Shown in pieces: positions 28,190 to 37,346 of a DNA stretch of 64,000 nucleotides. The stretch spans positions 18,577-82,576 of the forward strand of contig JACQFX010000017.1 in assembly GCA_016199835.1 (NCBI GenBank), given 5' to 3'. A model generated the notes under the pieces. The model was not told where the DNA came from, ran no database searches, and was given only the letters and a program-made list of their open reading frames with translations. The translations under genes and the position numbers were made by a program. Within the stretch, counting starts at the first letter, position 1, and each line of letters opens with the position of its first letter. This DNA comes from Nitrosomonadales bacterium. GTDB taxonomy: Bacteria > Pseudomonadota > Gammaproteobacteria > Burkholderiales > Gallionellaceae.

Positions 28190-28231
28190 TGAGGCACACT
28201 GTCCGCTTTGCGGATCTTTAAAGGATCACCC

Positions 28232-29503
28232 ATGTCCGTCTGGCAACAACTCTTCACCCGCCGCATGCTGATCTGCGTGTTCACCGGATTCTCTTCCGGC
28301 CTGCCGCTGTACCTGCTGTTCAACCTCGTGCCTGCATGGTTGCGCAGCGAACATGTCGATCTGAAAACCATAGGCTTGTTCGCGCTGATCCAGTTTCCCT
28401 ATACCTGGAAATTTTTATGGTCGCCGCTGCTGGATCGCTATGTGGTGCCCGCCTTCGGCAGGCGGCGCGGCTGGATGCTGCTGACGCAGATCGGCTTGTT
28501 TGCGGTGATCGCCGCGATGGGCGGGTTCTCGCCACAAAGCGATCTGCGCACCATCGCGTGGACCGCCACACTGCTCGCCTTTCTCAGCGCCACGCAGGAC
28601 ATCGTGCTGGATGCCTATCGCCGCGAACTGTTGTCTGACGCCGAACTGGGGCTGGGCAACTCGGTGCATGTGAACGCCTACCGCATCGCGGGGCTGGTGC
28701 CGGGTTCGCTGTCGCTGATCCTCGCGGATTTTTTGCCGTGGGACAGTGTGTTCATGGTCACCGCGTTGTTCATGCTGCCGGGCATGGCGATGACGTTGCT
28801 GGTGACGGAGCCGCATCGCGCTGCGCCGCCCAAAACTTTGCGCGAAGCGGTGGTCGAGCCGTTCCATGAATTCATCACGCGCCGGGGCTGGAACAGCGCG
28901 CTGCTGATCCTCGCCTTCCTGTTCTTCTACAAACTCGGCGACAGCATGTGTACTTCACTGGCCACGCCGTTCTATCTCGACATGGGTTTCACCAAGACGC
29001 AGATCGGGCTGATCGCCAAGAATGCCGGACTGTGGCCTGCCGTGATCGGCGGTTTGCTCGGCGGTTTATGGATGGTGAAGATCGGCATCAACCGCGCGCT
29101 GTGGCTGTTTGGCGTGGTGCAGGTGGTGTCCATCTTCGGCTTCGCCTGGCTGGCTTCGGTGGGGCATCATGATGAGATCACTTCCGTGGAACTGGCCCAG
29201 CTCGCCCTCGTGATCGGCCTCGAAGCGCTGGGCGTAGGATTGGGTACTGCGGCCTTCGTCGCCTTCATCGCGCGCGCCACAAATCCCGCTTACACCGCCA
29301 CACAGTTCGCACTGTTCACCAGCCTCGCCGCCATGCCGCGCACCTTTGCCAACGCGGCGACCGGCTGGCTGGTGGAGGCAGCAGGGTGGATGGGATTTTT
29401 TTTATTGTGCGCAGTCCTGGCACTGCCGGGGATGTTGCTGCTGCTCAAGGTTGCGCCGTGGAGGGATGGGGCTCAGCATGGGCAGACCGATAAAAATTCC
29501 TGA
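28232..29503 (+). CDS. ampG: Muropeptide MFS permease AmpG
   Basis: MFS protein with the AmpG-like N-terminus FTGFSSGLPLYLLF..LPAWL and WKFLWSPLLDRY. ATG at 28232 is preceded by AAAGGA. Confidence 0.85.
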   Translation: MSVWQQLFTRRMLICVFTGFSSGLPLYLLFNLVPAWLRSEHVDLKTIGLFALIQFPYTWKFLWSPLLDRYVVPAFGRRRGWMLLTQIGLFAVIAAMGGFSPQSDLRTIAWTATLLAFLSATQDIVLDAYRRELLSDAELGLGNSVHVNAYRIAGLVPGSLSLILADFLPWDSVFMVTALFMLPGMAMTLLVTEPHRAAPPKTLREAVVEPFHEFITRRGWNSALLILAFLFFYKLGDSMCTSLATPFYLDMGFTKTQIGLIAKNAGLWPAVIGGLLGGLWMVKIGINRALWLFGVVQVVSIFGFAWLASVGHHDEITSVELAQLALVIGLEALGVGLGTAAFVAFIARATNPAYTATQFALFTSLAAMPRTFANAATGWLVEAAGWMGFFLLCAVLALPGMLLLLKVAPWRDGAQHGQTDKNS

Positions 29504-29674
29504 GGTTTGGGTCGTCGTTGAATTTCTATTGTCCCGCCCGTTTATTGGGTATGACTTTACATTCTGGCCTCTCCGAAGAACTATGAGTACTCTTTCCATT
29601 CGCCAAGCTGTTCTCTCTGATCCGGAAGCGCTCGTGCCGCTTATGCCCGCAGAAAAATAGTAGCCTTAAAGCCG

Positions 29675-30124
29675 ATGCCTACCATAGATAAAGCTCATCC
29701 CTCCGACATTCCCGCACTCATCGAGCTGCTGGCCTCGCTGTTCGCGCAGGAAGCCGAGTTCACGCCCGATGCGGAGGCGCAGCGCAGGGGGCTGGGGACC
29801 ATCATCAACAATCCGGATGCCGGCGCAATCCTGGTGCTCAGGGAAGGAGAGCGCATCCTCGGCATGGTGAATCTGCTGTTCACCGTTTCCACGGCGCTTG
29901 GCGCGCGCGTGGCGCTGCTGGAGGACATGGTGGTTGCGCCGCAGGCGCGCGGCTGCGGCCATGGTTCGCTACTTCTGTCGCAGGCGCTGTCCTTCGCCAG
30001 GGAAGCAGGCTGCAAGCGCGTCACGCTGCTCACCGACGGGGACAATCTGGCGGCGCAGCGCTTCTATGAACGGCACGAATTTCGGGCCTCCGGCATGCTG
30101 CCCATGCGGCTGTTGCTGTACTGA
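29675..30124 (+). CDS. GNAT family N-acetyltransferase
   Basis: 149 aa with acetyl-CoA motif VAPQARGCGHGSLLL and C-terminal AQRFYERHEF. Confidence 0.8.
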   Translation: MPTIDKAHPSDIPALIELLASLFAQEAEFTPDAEAQRRGLGTIINNPDAGAILVLREGERILGMVNLLFTVSTALGARVALLEDMVVAPQARGCGHGSLLLSQALSFAREAGCKRVTLLTDGDNLAAQRFYERHEFRASGMLPMRLLLY

Positions 30125-30209
30125 TGCCCAGCGCAGTTGTTGCCGGGCTACGCCCTGTGCTAGGTTTCCCCTGTTTCGTCGTCATAACAATTTGATCGGG
30201 GAGAGAGCC

Positions 30210-30840
30210 ATGCCGCAGACCAAATTCATCCTGCAGGAAAACGAGATTCCGACGCACTGGTACAACGTGGTGGCGGACATGCCGAACCCGCCCGCGCCGG
30301 TGCTGGGGCCGGACGGCAAACCTATAGGTCCCGAATCGCTGGCGCCGATATTCCCGATGAGCCTGATCATGCAGGAAGTGTCCGCCGAGCGCTGGATACC
30401 CATCCCCGAGCCGGTGCGCGAAGCTCACGCCCATGCTCAAGATGTACACGCTGGGCCACGACTTCATGCCGCCCGGCATCCACGCCGGAGGACTGCGCTA
30501 TCACGGCGATTCGGCGCTGGTGTCGCAGCTCTACCACGAGAAGTTGATCGAGGCGGTGGCCGTGCCGCAACTGGAAACTTTTCAGGCGGGTGTGCTGTTC
30601 GCGCGCGCCGAAGGCATCATACCCGCGCCCGAATCCAACCACGCCGTCGCGGCAGTCGTCGCCGAAGCGTTGCGCTGCAAAGAAACGAAAGAACCGAAGA
30701 CGTTGTTCTTCAACCTTTCCGGCCACGGCCACTTCGACATGGCGGCCTACGACAAGTATTTCGCGGGTGAACTGGAAGACTTCGCCTATCCGGAAGAGGC
30801 GCTGAAAATCTCGATGGCGAATTTGCCGAAGGTGGGTTAA
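30210..30840 (+). pseudogene. TrpB-like (TrpB2) PLP enzyme remnant with a large internal deletion and frame change
   Basis: Codons from 30210 encode a TrpB2-type N-terminus (MPQTKFILQENEIPTHWYNVVADMP...[12 protein letters not shown]). From about 30425 another frame encodes the C-terminal ~135 aa ([25 protein letters not shown]...SGHGHFD). The ~250-aa PLP core between them is missing. Confidence 0.75.
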
Positions 30841-30849
30841 GGCCGTGCC

Positions 30850-31623
30850 TTAAAGCTCGAAGTTGTAGTCCACCATCAGCGGCGCATGGTCGCTGAAGCG
30901 CTGCTCCTTGTAGATGCCCGTGCATAGCGCCTTGGCGGCTATGCCGGGGGTGGCGATCTGGTAGTCGATGCGCCAGCCCACATTTTTGGCCCAGGCCTGG
31001 CCTCGATTCGACCACCAGGTATAGGCTTCGAGTTCGGGGTGTAATTTGCGGAACACATCCACGAAGCCGACCGCATCGAATAGTTCAGTGAGCCAGGCGC
31101 GCTCTTCCGGAAGGAAGCCGGAGTTCTTCCGGTTGCCGCGCCAGTTCTTCAGATCTTTCTCCGTGTGCGCAATATTCCAGTCGCCGCACAGAATGACTTC
31201 GCGCCCACTGCTCCATAGCGCCAGAAGATGCGGCATGAAGGCAGCCATGAAACGGAACTTCACCTCCTGACGCACTTCGCCGCTGGACCCGGAGGGCAGA
31301 TAGACAGACACCACGCTCAGGTTGCCGAATTGCGCTTCGATGTAACGGCCCTCGACATCGAATTCGGGCAGGCTCAAGCCTTCGATCACGACATCCGGCT
31401 TGCGTTTCGAGTAGATGCCTACGCCGCTGTAGCCTTTCTTTTCCGCATAATGGAAATAGCCGTGGTAACCCAATGGGGCGAGCATGTCCGGCGTCATGTC
31501 GGCGGCTTGCGCCTTGAGTTCCTGCACGCAGACGATATCGGCATTTTGATTGGCGAGCCATTCCGCCAGCCCCTTATTGTAGGCAGAGCGGATGCCGTTG
31601 AGGTTAAGCGAAATGATGCGCAC
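30850..31623 (-). CDS. xthA: Exodeoxyribonuclease III
   Basis: MRIISLNLNGIRSA, CVQELK, GDWNIAH and SDHAP motifs. Confidence 0.93.
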   Translation of the reverse strand: MRIISLNLNGIRSAYNKGLAEWLANQNADIVCVQELKAQAADMTPDMLAPLGYHGYFHYAEKKGYSGVGIYSKRKPDVVIEGLSLPEFDVEGRYIEAQFGNLSVVSVYLPSGSSGEVRQEVKFRFMAAFMPHLLALWSSGREVILCGDWNIAHTEKDLKNWRGNRKNSGFLPEERAWLTELFDAVGFVDVFRKLHPELEAYTWWSNRGQAWAKNVGWRIDYQIATPGIAAKALCTGIYKEQRFSDHAPLMVDYNFEL

Positions 31624-31639
31624 TTTGTTCTCCGATATA

Positions 31640-31667
31640 AAGAGCAGCCATTATAATGGCTGCTCTT
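31640..31667. promoter_or_regulatory. 28-bp perfect palindrome centred on TATAAT in the xthA/pyrE divergent gap
   Basis: AAGAGCAGCCATTA|TAATGGCTGCTCTT, located between the xthA start (31623) and the pyrE start (31689). Confidence 0.4.
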
Positions 31668-31688
31668 ATCTTTTCGACGACTCTCACC

Positions 31689-32336
31689 ATGCAGGCTTAC
31701 CGCCAGGATTTCATCCGTTTTGCCGTCGCGCAGAAGGTGCTGCGTTTCGGCGAGTTCCAGACCAAGGCCGGGCGCCTGTCGCCATATTTTTTCAACTCGG
31801 GATTATTCCAGGATGGCGCGGCCCTGCGCGATCTGTGCCTGTTTTACGCACAGGCGATACTCGCTTCAAACGTCGAATTCGATATGTTGTTCGGCCCGGC
31901 CTACAAGGGTATCCCGCTGGCCTCAGGCACGGCCATCGCTCTGGCAGGGCAGGGGCGCAATGTTCCGTACTGCTTCAACCGCAAGGAAGCCAAAGACCAC
32001 GGCGAGGGCGGCATGACCATAGGTGCCGCATTGCAGGGGCGCGTGCTGATCATAGACGATGTGATCTCGGCCGGGACATCGGTAAGGGCATCCATTGAAC
32101 TGATACGTGCGGCGGGAGCTGAGCCGTGCGGCGTGGTGATTGCGCTGGATCGCATGGAGCGCGGGCAAGGCGAACTGTCTGCCGTGCAGGAGGTGCAGCG
32201 CAATTATGGGATTCCCGTAGTATCCATCTCAACGCTGGATGACCTGCTGGGCTATTTGCAGGGTGAGCCGGAGATGGTGCAGAATCTGCAAACAGTGCAA
32301 TCCTATCGTGATCGTTACGGAGTGAAAAATGACTAG
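31689..32336 (+). CDS. pyrE: Orotate phosphoribosyltransferase
   Basis: [36 protein letters not shown] and PRPP motif [13 protein letters not shown]. The ATG at 31689 gives 215 aa. Confidence 0.93.
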   Translation: MQAYRQDFIRFAVAQKVLRFGEFQTKAGRLSPYFFNSGLFQDGAALRDLCLFYAQAILASNVEFDMLFGPAYKGIPLASGTAIALAGQGRNVPYCFNRKEAKDHGEGGMTIGAALQGRVLIIDDVISAGTSVRASIELIRAAGAEPCGVVIALDRMERGQGELSAVQEVQRNYGIPVVSISTLDDLLGYLQGEPEMVQNLQTVQSYRDRYGVKND

Positions 32337-32916
32337 GGTCAAAATTCTTGGCGCGGGCCTGATGTTGTGCATCGCCTTCAGCGCGGCGGCAGCCAGACAG
32401 AACAAGTGGGTGGATGATAACGGTGAGACGCATTACGGCGACGTGATCCCGCCGGAATATGCCAACAAGGACAATGTCCAGATCGAGAAGGGGCACGAAG
32501 TCAAGAAGAAGGCGGATCCTTCTGCGCCTAAAGCGCCAGAGGAGCTTGCGGTGATTGAGCAGCACCGCAAGGACAAGGCCTTGTTGAACACCTACAGCAA
32601 CGAGAAAGAGATAGATCTGGCGCGCGACCGCAACCTGCAACAGGTAGAGGCGCGCATAGACAGCGTCAAGCTGTTGCAGCAATCCGCGCAGGAAAGCCTG
32701 GATGGCTATCGCAAGGAAGCGGACGGTTTGCAACAGGCTGGCAGGAAGATTCCCGCCTCTTTGCAATCGGACATCGCCATGGCCGAAGGCAAGGTGGCCA
32801 AGCTCAGGCAGGACATGGCGGCAGCCCAGGAAAAGGAAACGGCGGTTCGGGCCAGCTTCGAGGCTGACAAGGTGCGCTATCGTGAGTTGACCAAGGCCAT
32901 CAAGCCCAGTAAATAA
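32329..32916 (+). CDS. DUF4124 domain-containing periplasmic protein
   Basis: Signal peptide then the [13 protein letters not shown] motif typical of DUF4124, followed by a coiled-coil-like tail. Confidence 0.7.
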   Translation: MTRVKILGAGLMLCIAFSAAAARQNKWVDDNGETHYGDVIPPEYANKDNVQIEKGHEVKKKADPSAPKAPEELAVIEQHRKDKALLNTYSNEKEIDLARDRNLQQVEARIDSVKLLQQSAQESLDGYRKEADGLQQAGRKIPASLQSDIAMAEGKVAKLRQDMAAAQEKETAVRASFEADKVRYRELTKAIKPSK

Positions 32917-32982
32917 GCAATCTTCAGATTGCCGCGGCCACGCAGGCAGTGTTGCCGGTTGGCAAAATAATCACGAGTGGTT

Positions 32983-34305
32983 TTAGACAATCAGGGGTGT
33001 GTGAGATGATCGTCGCTGGCGATAGGTAAAAATAAGTCCTGTGCCGCTGGTGCGATTCCTCAGCGAGACCGAGCCTTTGAATTGGTCGGCAATGCTGCGT
33101 GCGATGGCCAAACCCAAGCCGCTGCCTCCCTGTGTATTGTTAGGCAGTCGGTAAAAAGCGTCAAAAACCCGCTCAAGTTCTACATCTGGAATGCCAGGGC
33201 CATTGTCTATGACTTCGAGGATGGCATCGCCATCCTCGGAGCTAATGATAACGGTCACTTCTCCGGCTGCGGGAGCGTAGCGTAATGCATTATCCACCGC
33301 ATTGCGCAGCATCATTTTAATGGCTGACGCATCGGCATCTATTTGCACCGTCGCTTCCTGAACTAAGCCCAGATCAATTTTTTTTGCATCGGCGATGGGC
33401 ATGATCTCTTCTATGACAGTGAGAGCCGCCGCCGCCAGATCCACTGGAAGCAGTATGGTTACGCTGGCTTGCTGGCGCACCATGTCTAATAGTTGATTAA
33501 GCAGATGGCGTGAGCGTTCTAAACCGTCCTTGAGTGGGACCAAACGTTCTTTGCTAATAGCAAACGAGCCTGTTCGTTCGATATTTTGTGCCTGCAACGA
33601 TAGCGCGGTCAGTGGCGAACGTAATTCATGCGCGGCATCGGCAATGAAACGGCGTTGCGATTCATTCATCTGGTTGATGCGGCCCAGCAGTCGATTGATG
33701 GCATGTATGAATGGGGCGACCTCATCGGGTGCTTTATTGGTAGGCAACTCAGACAAACACTCTTTGTTTTGAGCATCAATTAGTTCGGCGAGTGTCCTTA
33801 ATGAGGACATTTCACCCTTAATGATTAGTCTTAAAATGGAAATTAAAATCGGAATCAATACCAGCAATGGCCATAAAGTAAGTAGCGCGCTTTTACGGGC
33901 CATTGCTGTGCGTATTCCCGCTTCTTGAGCAACGGCTATGTGCTTGCTCAAGATGGTTGGGTAGATATAGACACGCCAGTACAAACCATCAATCTTGACG
34001 GTGTGGAATCCAATGGACAAGTTATCTGGCATTCTAAGCAATGGCGGAAGAGCCGAGGGAGAGGCGGCTACCGGCTGTACTATAATGCGCTTGGGGTCGC
34101 TATTCATCGACTCCAGAAAAAATTCGTCTTCGAGCGGTGTCTTGTAGGCGTCAACCAATAGAGCCGCTTGGCGTAGCGCATCATCCTGAAATTTTTGTGC
34201 TTCGTTAAAAGCGAGCCAGAAAGAAACGCCCGAAGCCAATAAACCAATGGCAATAATGGCGACGCTGAGCCAGACAAATAATTTATTTTGCAGCGAATTT
34301 TTCAT
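32983..34305 (-). CDS. Two-component sensor histidine kinase (QseC/PmrB-like)
   Basis: Two TM helices flank a periplasmic domain. H-box AAHELRSPL, N-box NAVDNALRY, G-boxes DNGPGIP and GGSGLGLAI. Overlaps the response-regulator stop by 4 nt. Confidence 0.88.
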   Translation of the reverse strand: MKNSLQNKLFVWLSVAIIAIGLLASGVSFWLAFNEAQKFQDDALRQAALLVDAYKTPLEDEFFLESMNSDPKRIIVQPVAASPSALPPLLRMPDNLSIGFHTVKIDGLYWRVYIYPTILSKHIAVAQEAGIRTAMARKSALLTLWPLLVLIPILISILRLIIKGEMSSLRTLAELIDAQNKECLSELPTNKAPDEVAPFIHAINRLLGRINQMNESQRRFIADAAHELRSPLTALSLQAQNIERTGSFAISKERLVPLKDGLERSRHLLNQLLDMVRQQASVTILLPVDLAAAALTVIEEIMPIADAKKIDLGLVQEATVQIDADASAIKMMLRNAVDNALRYAPAAGEVTVIISSEDGDAILEVIDNGPGIPDVELERVFDAFYRLPNNTQGGSGLGLAIARSIADQFKGSVSLRNRTSGTGLIFTYRQRRSSHTPLIV

Positions 34306-34964
34306 GTGTTACGTGCCACCATCCAGCCCGCGCCACGCACATTCCTGATTGCGCCAACACCGAGTTTCTTGCGGATGCCGTGTATTAAGAAATCTACGGC
34401 GTTACTTTCCACTTCCTCATTCCAGCCGTAGATACTTTCCTCTAGTTGTGTACGGGTAAAAATCGTGCCGGGGCGTAGCAACAAGGTATGCAACAGCGAA
34501 AATTCGCGCGCACTTAGCAGGCACACCACATCGCCATGGCTTGCCTCGCGAGTGGCGGGGTTAAGGCTAATACTGCCGTTGCTGAGCAGCGCCGATGCAT
34601 GCCCTCCCTGGCGACGCAACGTAGCACGTAATCTTGCGAGCAGTTCATCAATATCGAAAGGCTTGACCAAATAATCGTCGGCACCTAAATCCAGGCCCTT
34701 AACGCGATCACTGGTCGCATCTCGTGCGGTGACAATGATTACCGGTAATGTGCCGCCATTTGCACGCAATTTTTTCAGGACTTCAAGGCCGTCGCAGCAG
34801 GGCAAGCCCAAATCAAGCAATACTGCCTGATGTTCCTGATTGTCTAGCACGAGCAAAGCAGTCTTGCCATCATGCACCCAATCCACCGCATAAGCCGCAT
34901 CACGCAGTGCCACGCACAATGCTTCGCCTATCATCGGGTCATCTTCAACTAACAGAATACGCAT
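34302..34964 (-). CDS. OmpR-family response regulator (QseB/PmrA-like)
   Basis: Receiver domain MRILLVEDD...LLDLGLP...KP plus a winged-helix Trans_reg_C tail (IRNVRGAGW). Confidence 0.9.
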   Translation of the reverse strand: MRILLVEDDPMIGEALCVALRDAAYAVDWVHDGKTALLVLDNQEHQAVLLDLGLPCCDGLEVLKKLRANGGTLPVIIVTARDATSDRVKGLDLGADDYLVKPFDIDELLARLRATLRRQGGHASALLSNGSISLNPATREASHGDVVCLLSAREFSLLHTLLLRPGTIFTRTQLEESIYGWNEEVESNAVDFLIHGIRKKLGVGAIRNVRGAGWMVARNT

Positions 34965-35032
34965 GCTTGCCTTCCGCTACCCCGAATATAGATTCCAATC
35001 GTCTCTGGCATGCTTATATGGCAGGTGGTTGA

Positions 35033-37237
35033 TCAGAAATCCATGCGATAGCCCAAGTTAAAATATTTTCGTCGTGTCCTATTATCTATCGTTGGGCTTC
35101 TGGTATGGGTTTGCACGAATCCTGCGCCACTCTCGAAATTGAGCGTTCCCTTCATGCGGTAACTCAATTTAAGGCCGGGGCTAATGCGCGTTATATGTTC
35201 ACTCAGGTTGTTGTTCTCGGTGTAATGCTGCAGCGCAATATCCAGTTGCCAGTTTTGTCTGAACGTCGCAGTCTGGCTAAATGACAGTGACTTGGCCTTA
35301 TAGGTATTGGCATTGGTATAACTGATGCTCGCCACACCCAGATCATTGTCGAATAATAAACTGTTGCCTGCCACTTGGATGGAATAAATGGATTCTACCT
35401 TTCTGGGGAACACCATCCTTGTATTGCTAACGGAATCGTACCCCTCATAGCTGGTTGTATTGGAAATCCGAATATCTCCACCCAGCTTCAGGCGTGTGGA
35501 ATAAGGTCGAGTCATGCCGATCATGAATTGGTTAGATAATCGGCTGGCCGCAAGCGCATCTGCGTGCAAGGTGCCAGTCGAAACACCAGCACTGAGCAAC
35601 TCTGCAATTGACTGCGTGGGTTGACCTAATAGTAACGCGCTGGAAGTTTGCAAGGAGGGCAATCTGCGATGGTCTATCAGCATGGTGTAGTTGGAGCCCT
35701 CCGCAGTTGTCCAGTTGTCCTGAAGCAATCCGACATTTACTTTTTTGAACAGGGTGTCATATTCCAACAGAGCCATGTGATTACTGTGGGCATTGAAATA
35801 ATGCGCTTCTATCCCGGCAGCTCGGCGATCCATGGTACCGCTAACGCGCTGTCCAATCAGATAGGCGTTGCCACTCCATTGCTCCGGCAGGCGTGTAAGA
35901 TCAACGCTGATTGCGGCAAAAGTTCTGGTTTCCGCAGCATTGCCAGAAGCTTGTGCAGGTTCGCCAAAGCTGCCGTTGATGCGCCATGTGGAATTGAGAT
36001 TGCGGCTCAGCCATGCGCCGTCAAAGCGACTGGGCACACCACCTGCTGCACCTGCCTGCCTGCCGACGCCATAGAAGTAGCCTTGGTCGCTGGAAGCTTG
36101 CTCAACATAGGCGGCACTTAACGAATTGTTGCTGCCAATGCCGGGCAATAAATTCGCGGTGTAAGCATTGCGAAACACCAAACGAGTTTCGGCGGTCTCG
36201 GTGCGTTTCAGTCCTGTGAACTCCAAAGATGAGATCAACTGCGACTGGTCATTGCTGGTCAAGGAGGTGACCTCGGCAGCGGGAAGTACCATGCTATTAG
36301 TGTGCAATACGCCCTTGTAATAGTGCTGGGAAAAACTACCGAAGACAATCATTTTGTCATTGGCAGCCATTTTTTCCGGCGCTGATTTTTCAGCTTGGTA
36401 CGCAGCCATAAATACTCGTGCCAGGCTTTCTCTCACTCGGTTCAGTTTTTTCCCCTTGGGGTAACGTTTCAAATACAAGTCATATTCTGTGCGTGCCTTA
36501 ACAAATTCCCCGTTTTTTTCGTATGCCTGGGCGATCATTAGCTGCGCGGCTTGAGATTGCTGGTTGGCTGGCAAGCCGAGCAATTTTTTTAATGTATCAA
36601 TCACCTCCTGGTTCAGATTGTTCTTGAATGCTATCTGGGCGTTGACGAACAACTGTTTCGCTTCCAGTTCTGTCAATTCAATCTCCGCAGCACTGCGGGG
36701 CGCTGCTGGCCTGGGCATCTCAATCAGCCCGATTTCCGACGAAGGTAATGCCGCAGGAGCAGCCACTACTTGCAGTTGGCTGAGCGGTTTTGCGATAGGG
36801 GTAAAAATGCTGATACTTCGCCCATCATTGCCGGGACGAATGTAGTAATCAACCTCTTTGCCAAAGCTGATTGAAAGCGAGGAGTCGGATTCCGGATATG
36901 TAACATTAAAATGCGAAACAATGTTTGATGGCGGTGAGTCCCTTCTTTGCCAAACCAGTCTTGGATCTGTTGCATCTATTCCCAGGAAGTACAAATAAAT
37001 CCGAATATCACCATTCTTAAGCATGACCTGTCGCACAAATTGGACGCGAGTAACAAACCGAATCTGGATCTCTGCCTCATCACCCGCCTGATTGATCTGG
37101 ATGCGATCAATCATCTCCGCACATGCTGGTTTAACGGCAGCGCCAAGCAATAAGCTGCCGGCCAGGAAAATAAGCCGTAAAGAAATTATTCTTATTAAGG
37201 TATGCAAAACGACACCGCCTTCCAATCTCTTGACCAT
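35033..37237 (-). CDS. Outer-membrane protein: N-terminal AMIN-like beta domain, short TPR region, large C-terminal beta-barrel (function unknown)
   Basis: Signal peptide ending ...KPACA. TPR-like QLMIAQAYEKNGEFVKARTEYDLYLKRYP. Alternating beta-strand pattern over the last ~450 aa, ending NLGYRMDF (terminal Phe). Start is uncertain (ATG 37237, TTG about 37210, or ATG 37336). Confidence 0.6.
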   Translation of the reverse strand: MVKRLEGGVVLHTLIRIISLRLIFLAGSLLLGAAVKPACAEMIDRIQINQAGDEAEIQIRFVTRVQFVRQVMLKNGDIRIYLYFLGIDATDPRLVWQRRDSPPSNIVSHFNVTYPESDSSLSISFGKEVDYYIRPGNDGRSISIFTPIAKPLSQLQVVAAPAALPSSEIGLIEMPRPAAPRSAAEIELTELEAKQLFVNAQIAFKNNLNQEVIDTLKKLLGLPANQQSQAAQLMIAQAYEKNGEFVKARTEYDLYLKRYPKGKKLNRVRESLARVFMAAYQAEKSAPEKMAANDKMIVFGSFSQHYYKGVLHTNSMVLPAAEVTSLTSNDQSQLISSLEFTGLKRTETAETRLVFRNAYTANLLPGIGSNNSLSAAYVEQASSDQGYFYGVGRQAGAAGGVPSRFDGAWLSRNLNSTWRINGSFGEPAQASGNAAETRTFAAISVDLTRLPEQWSGNAYLIGQRVSGTMDRRAAGIEAHYFNAHSNHMALLEYDTLFKKVNVGLLQDNWTTAEGSNYTMLIDHRRLPSLQTSSALLLGQPTQSIAELLSAGVSTGTLHADALAASRLSNQFMIGMTRPYSTRLKLGGDIRISNTTSYEGYDSVSNTRMVFPRKVESIYSIQVAGNSLLFDNDLGVASISYTNANTYKAKSLSFSQTATFRQNWQLDIALQHYTENNNLSEHITRISPGLKLSYRMKGTLNFESGAGFVQTHTRSPTIDNRTRRKYFNLGYRMDF

Positions 37238-37346
37238 TAAACAATTACCCGGCGGTAGCACACCACTTGTGTCGTGGTGTGCCAGCCAAGCCGGACGAAC
37301 CTGCGTACTGAACGAGCTGCGGCTTGATTGCGGCAAGGGTTCTTGG

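Noticed and set aside
29583-29660. 25-codon ORF MSTLSIRQAVLSDPEALVPLMPAEK resembling the N-terminus of a GNAT acetyltransferase, just upstream of the intact GNAT gene
   Set aside because: It may be a remnant of a second GNAT gene. It is too short for a confident call and has no supporting downstream fragments, so it is recorded only as a possible pseudogene scrap.
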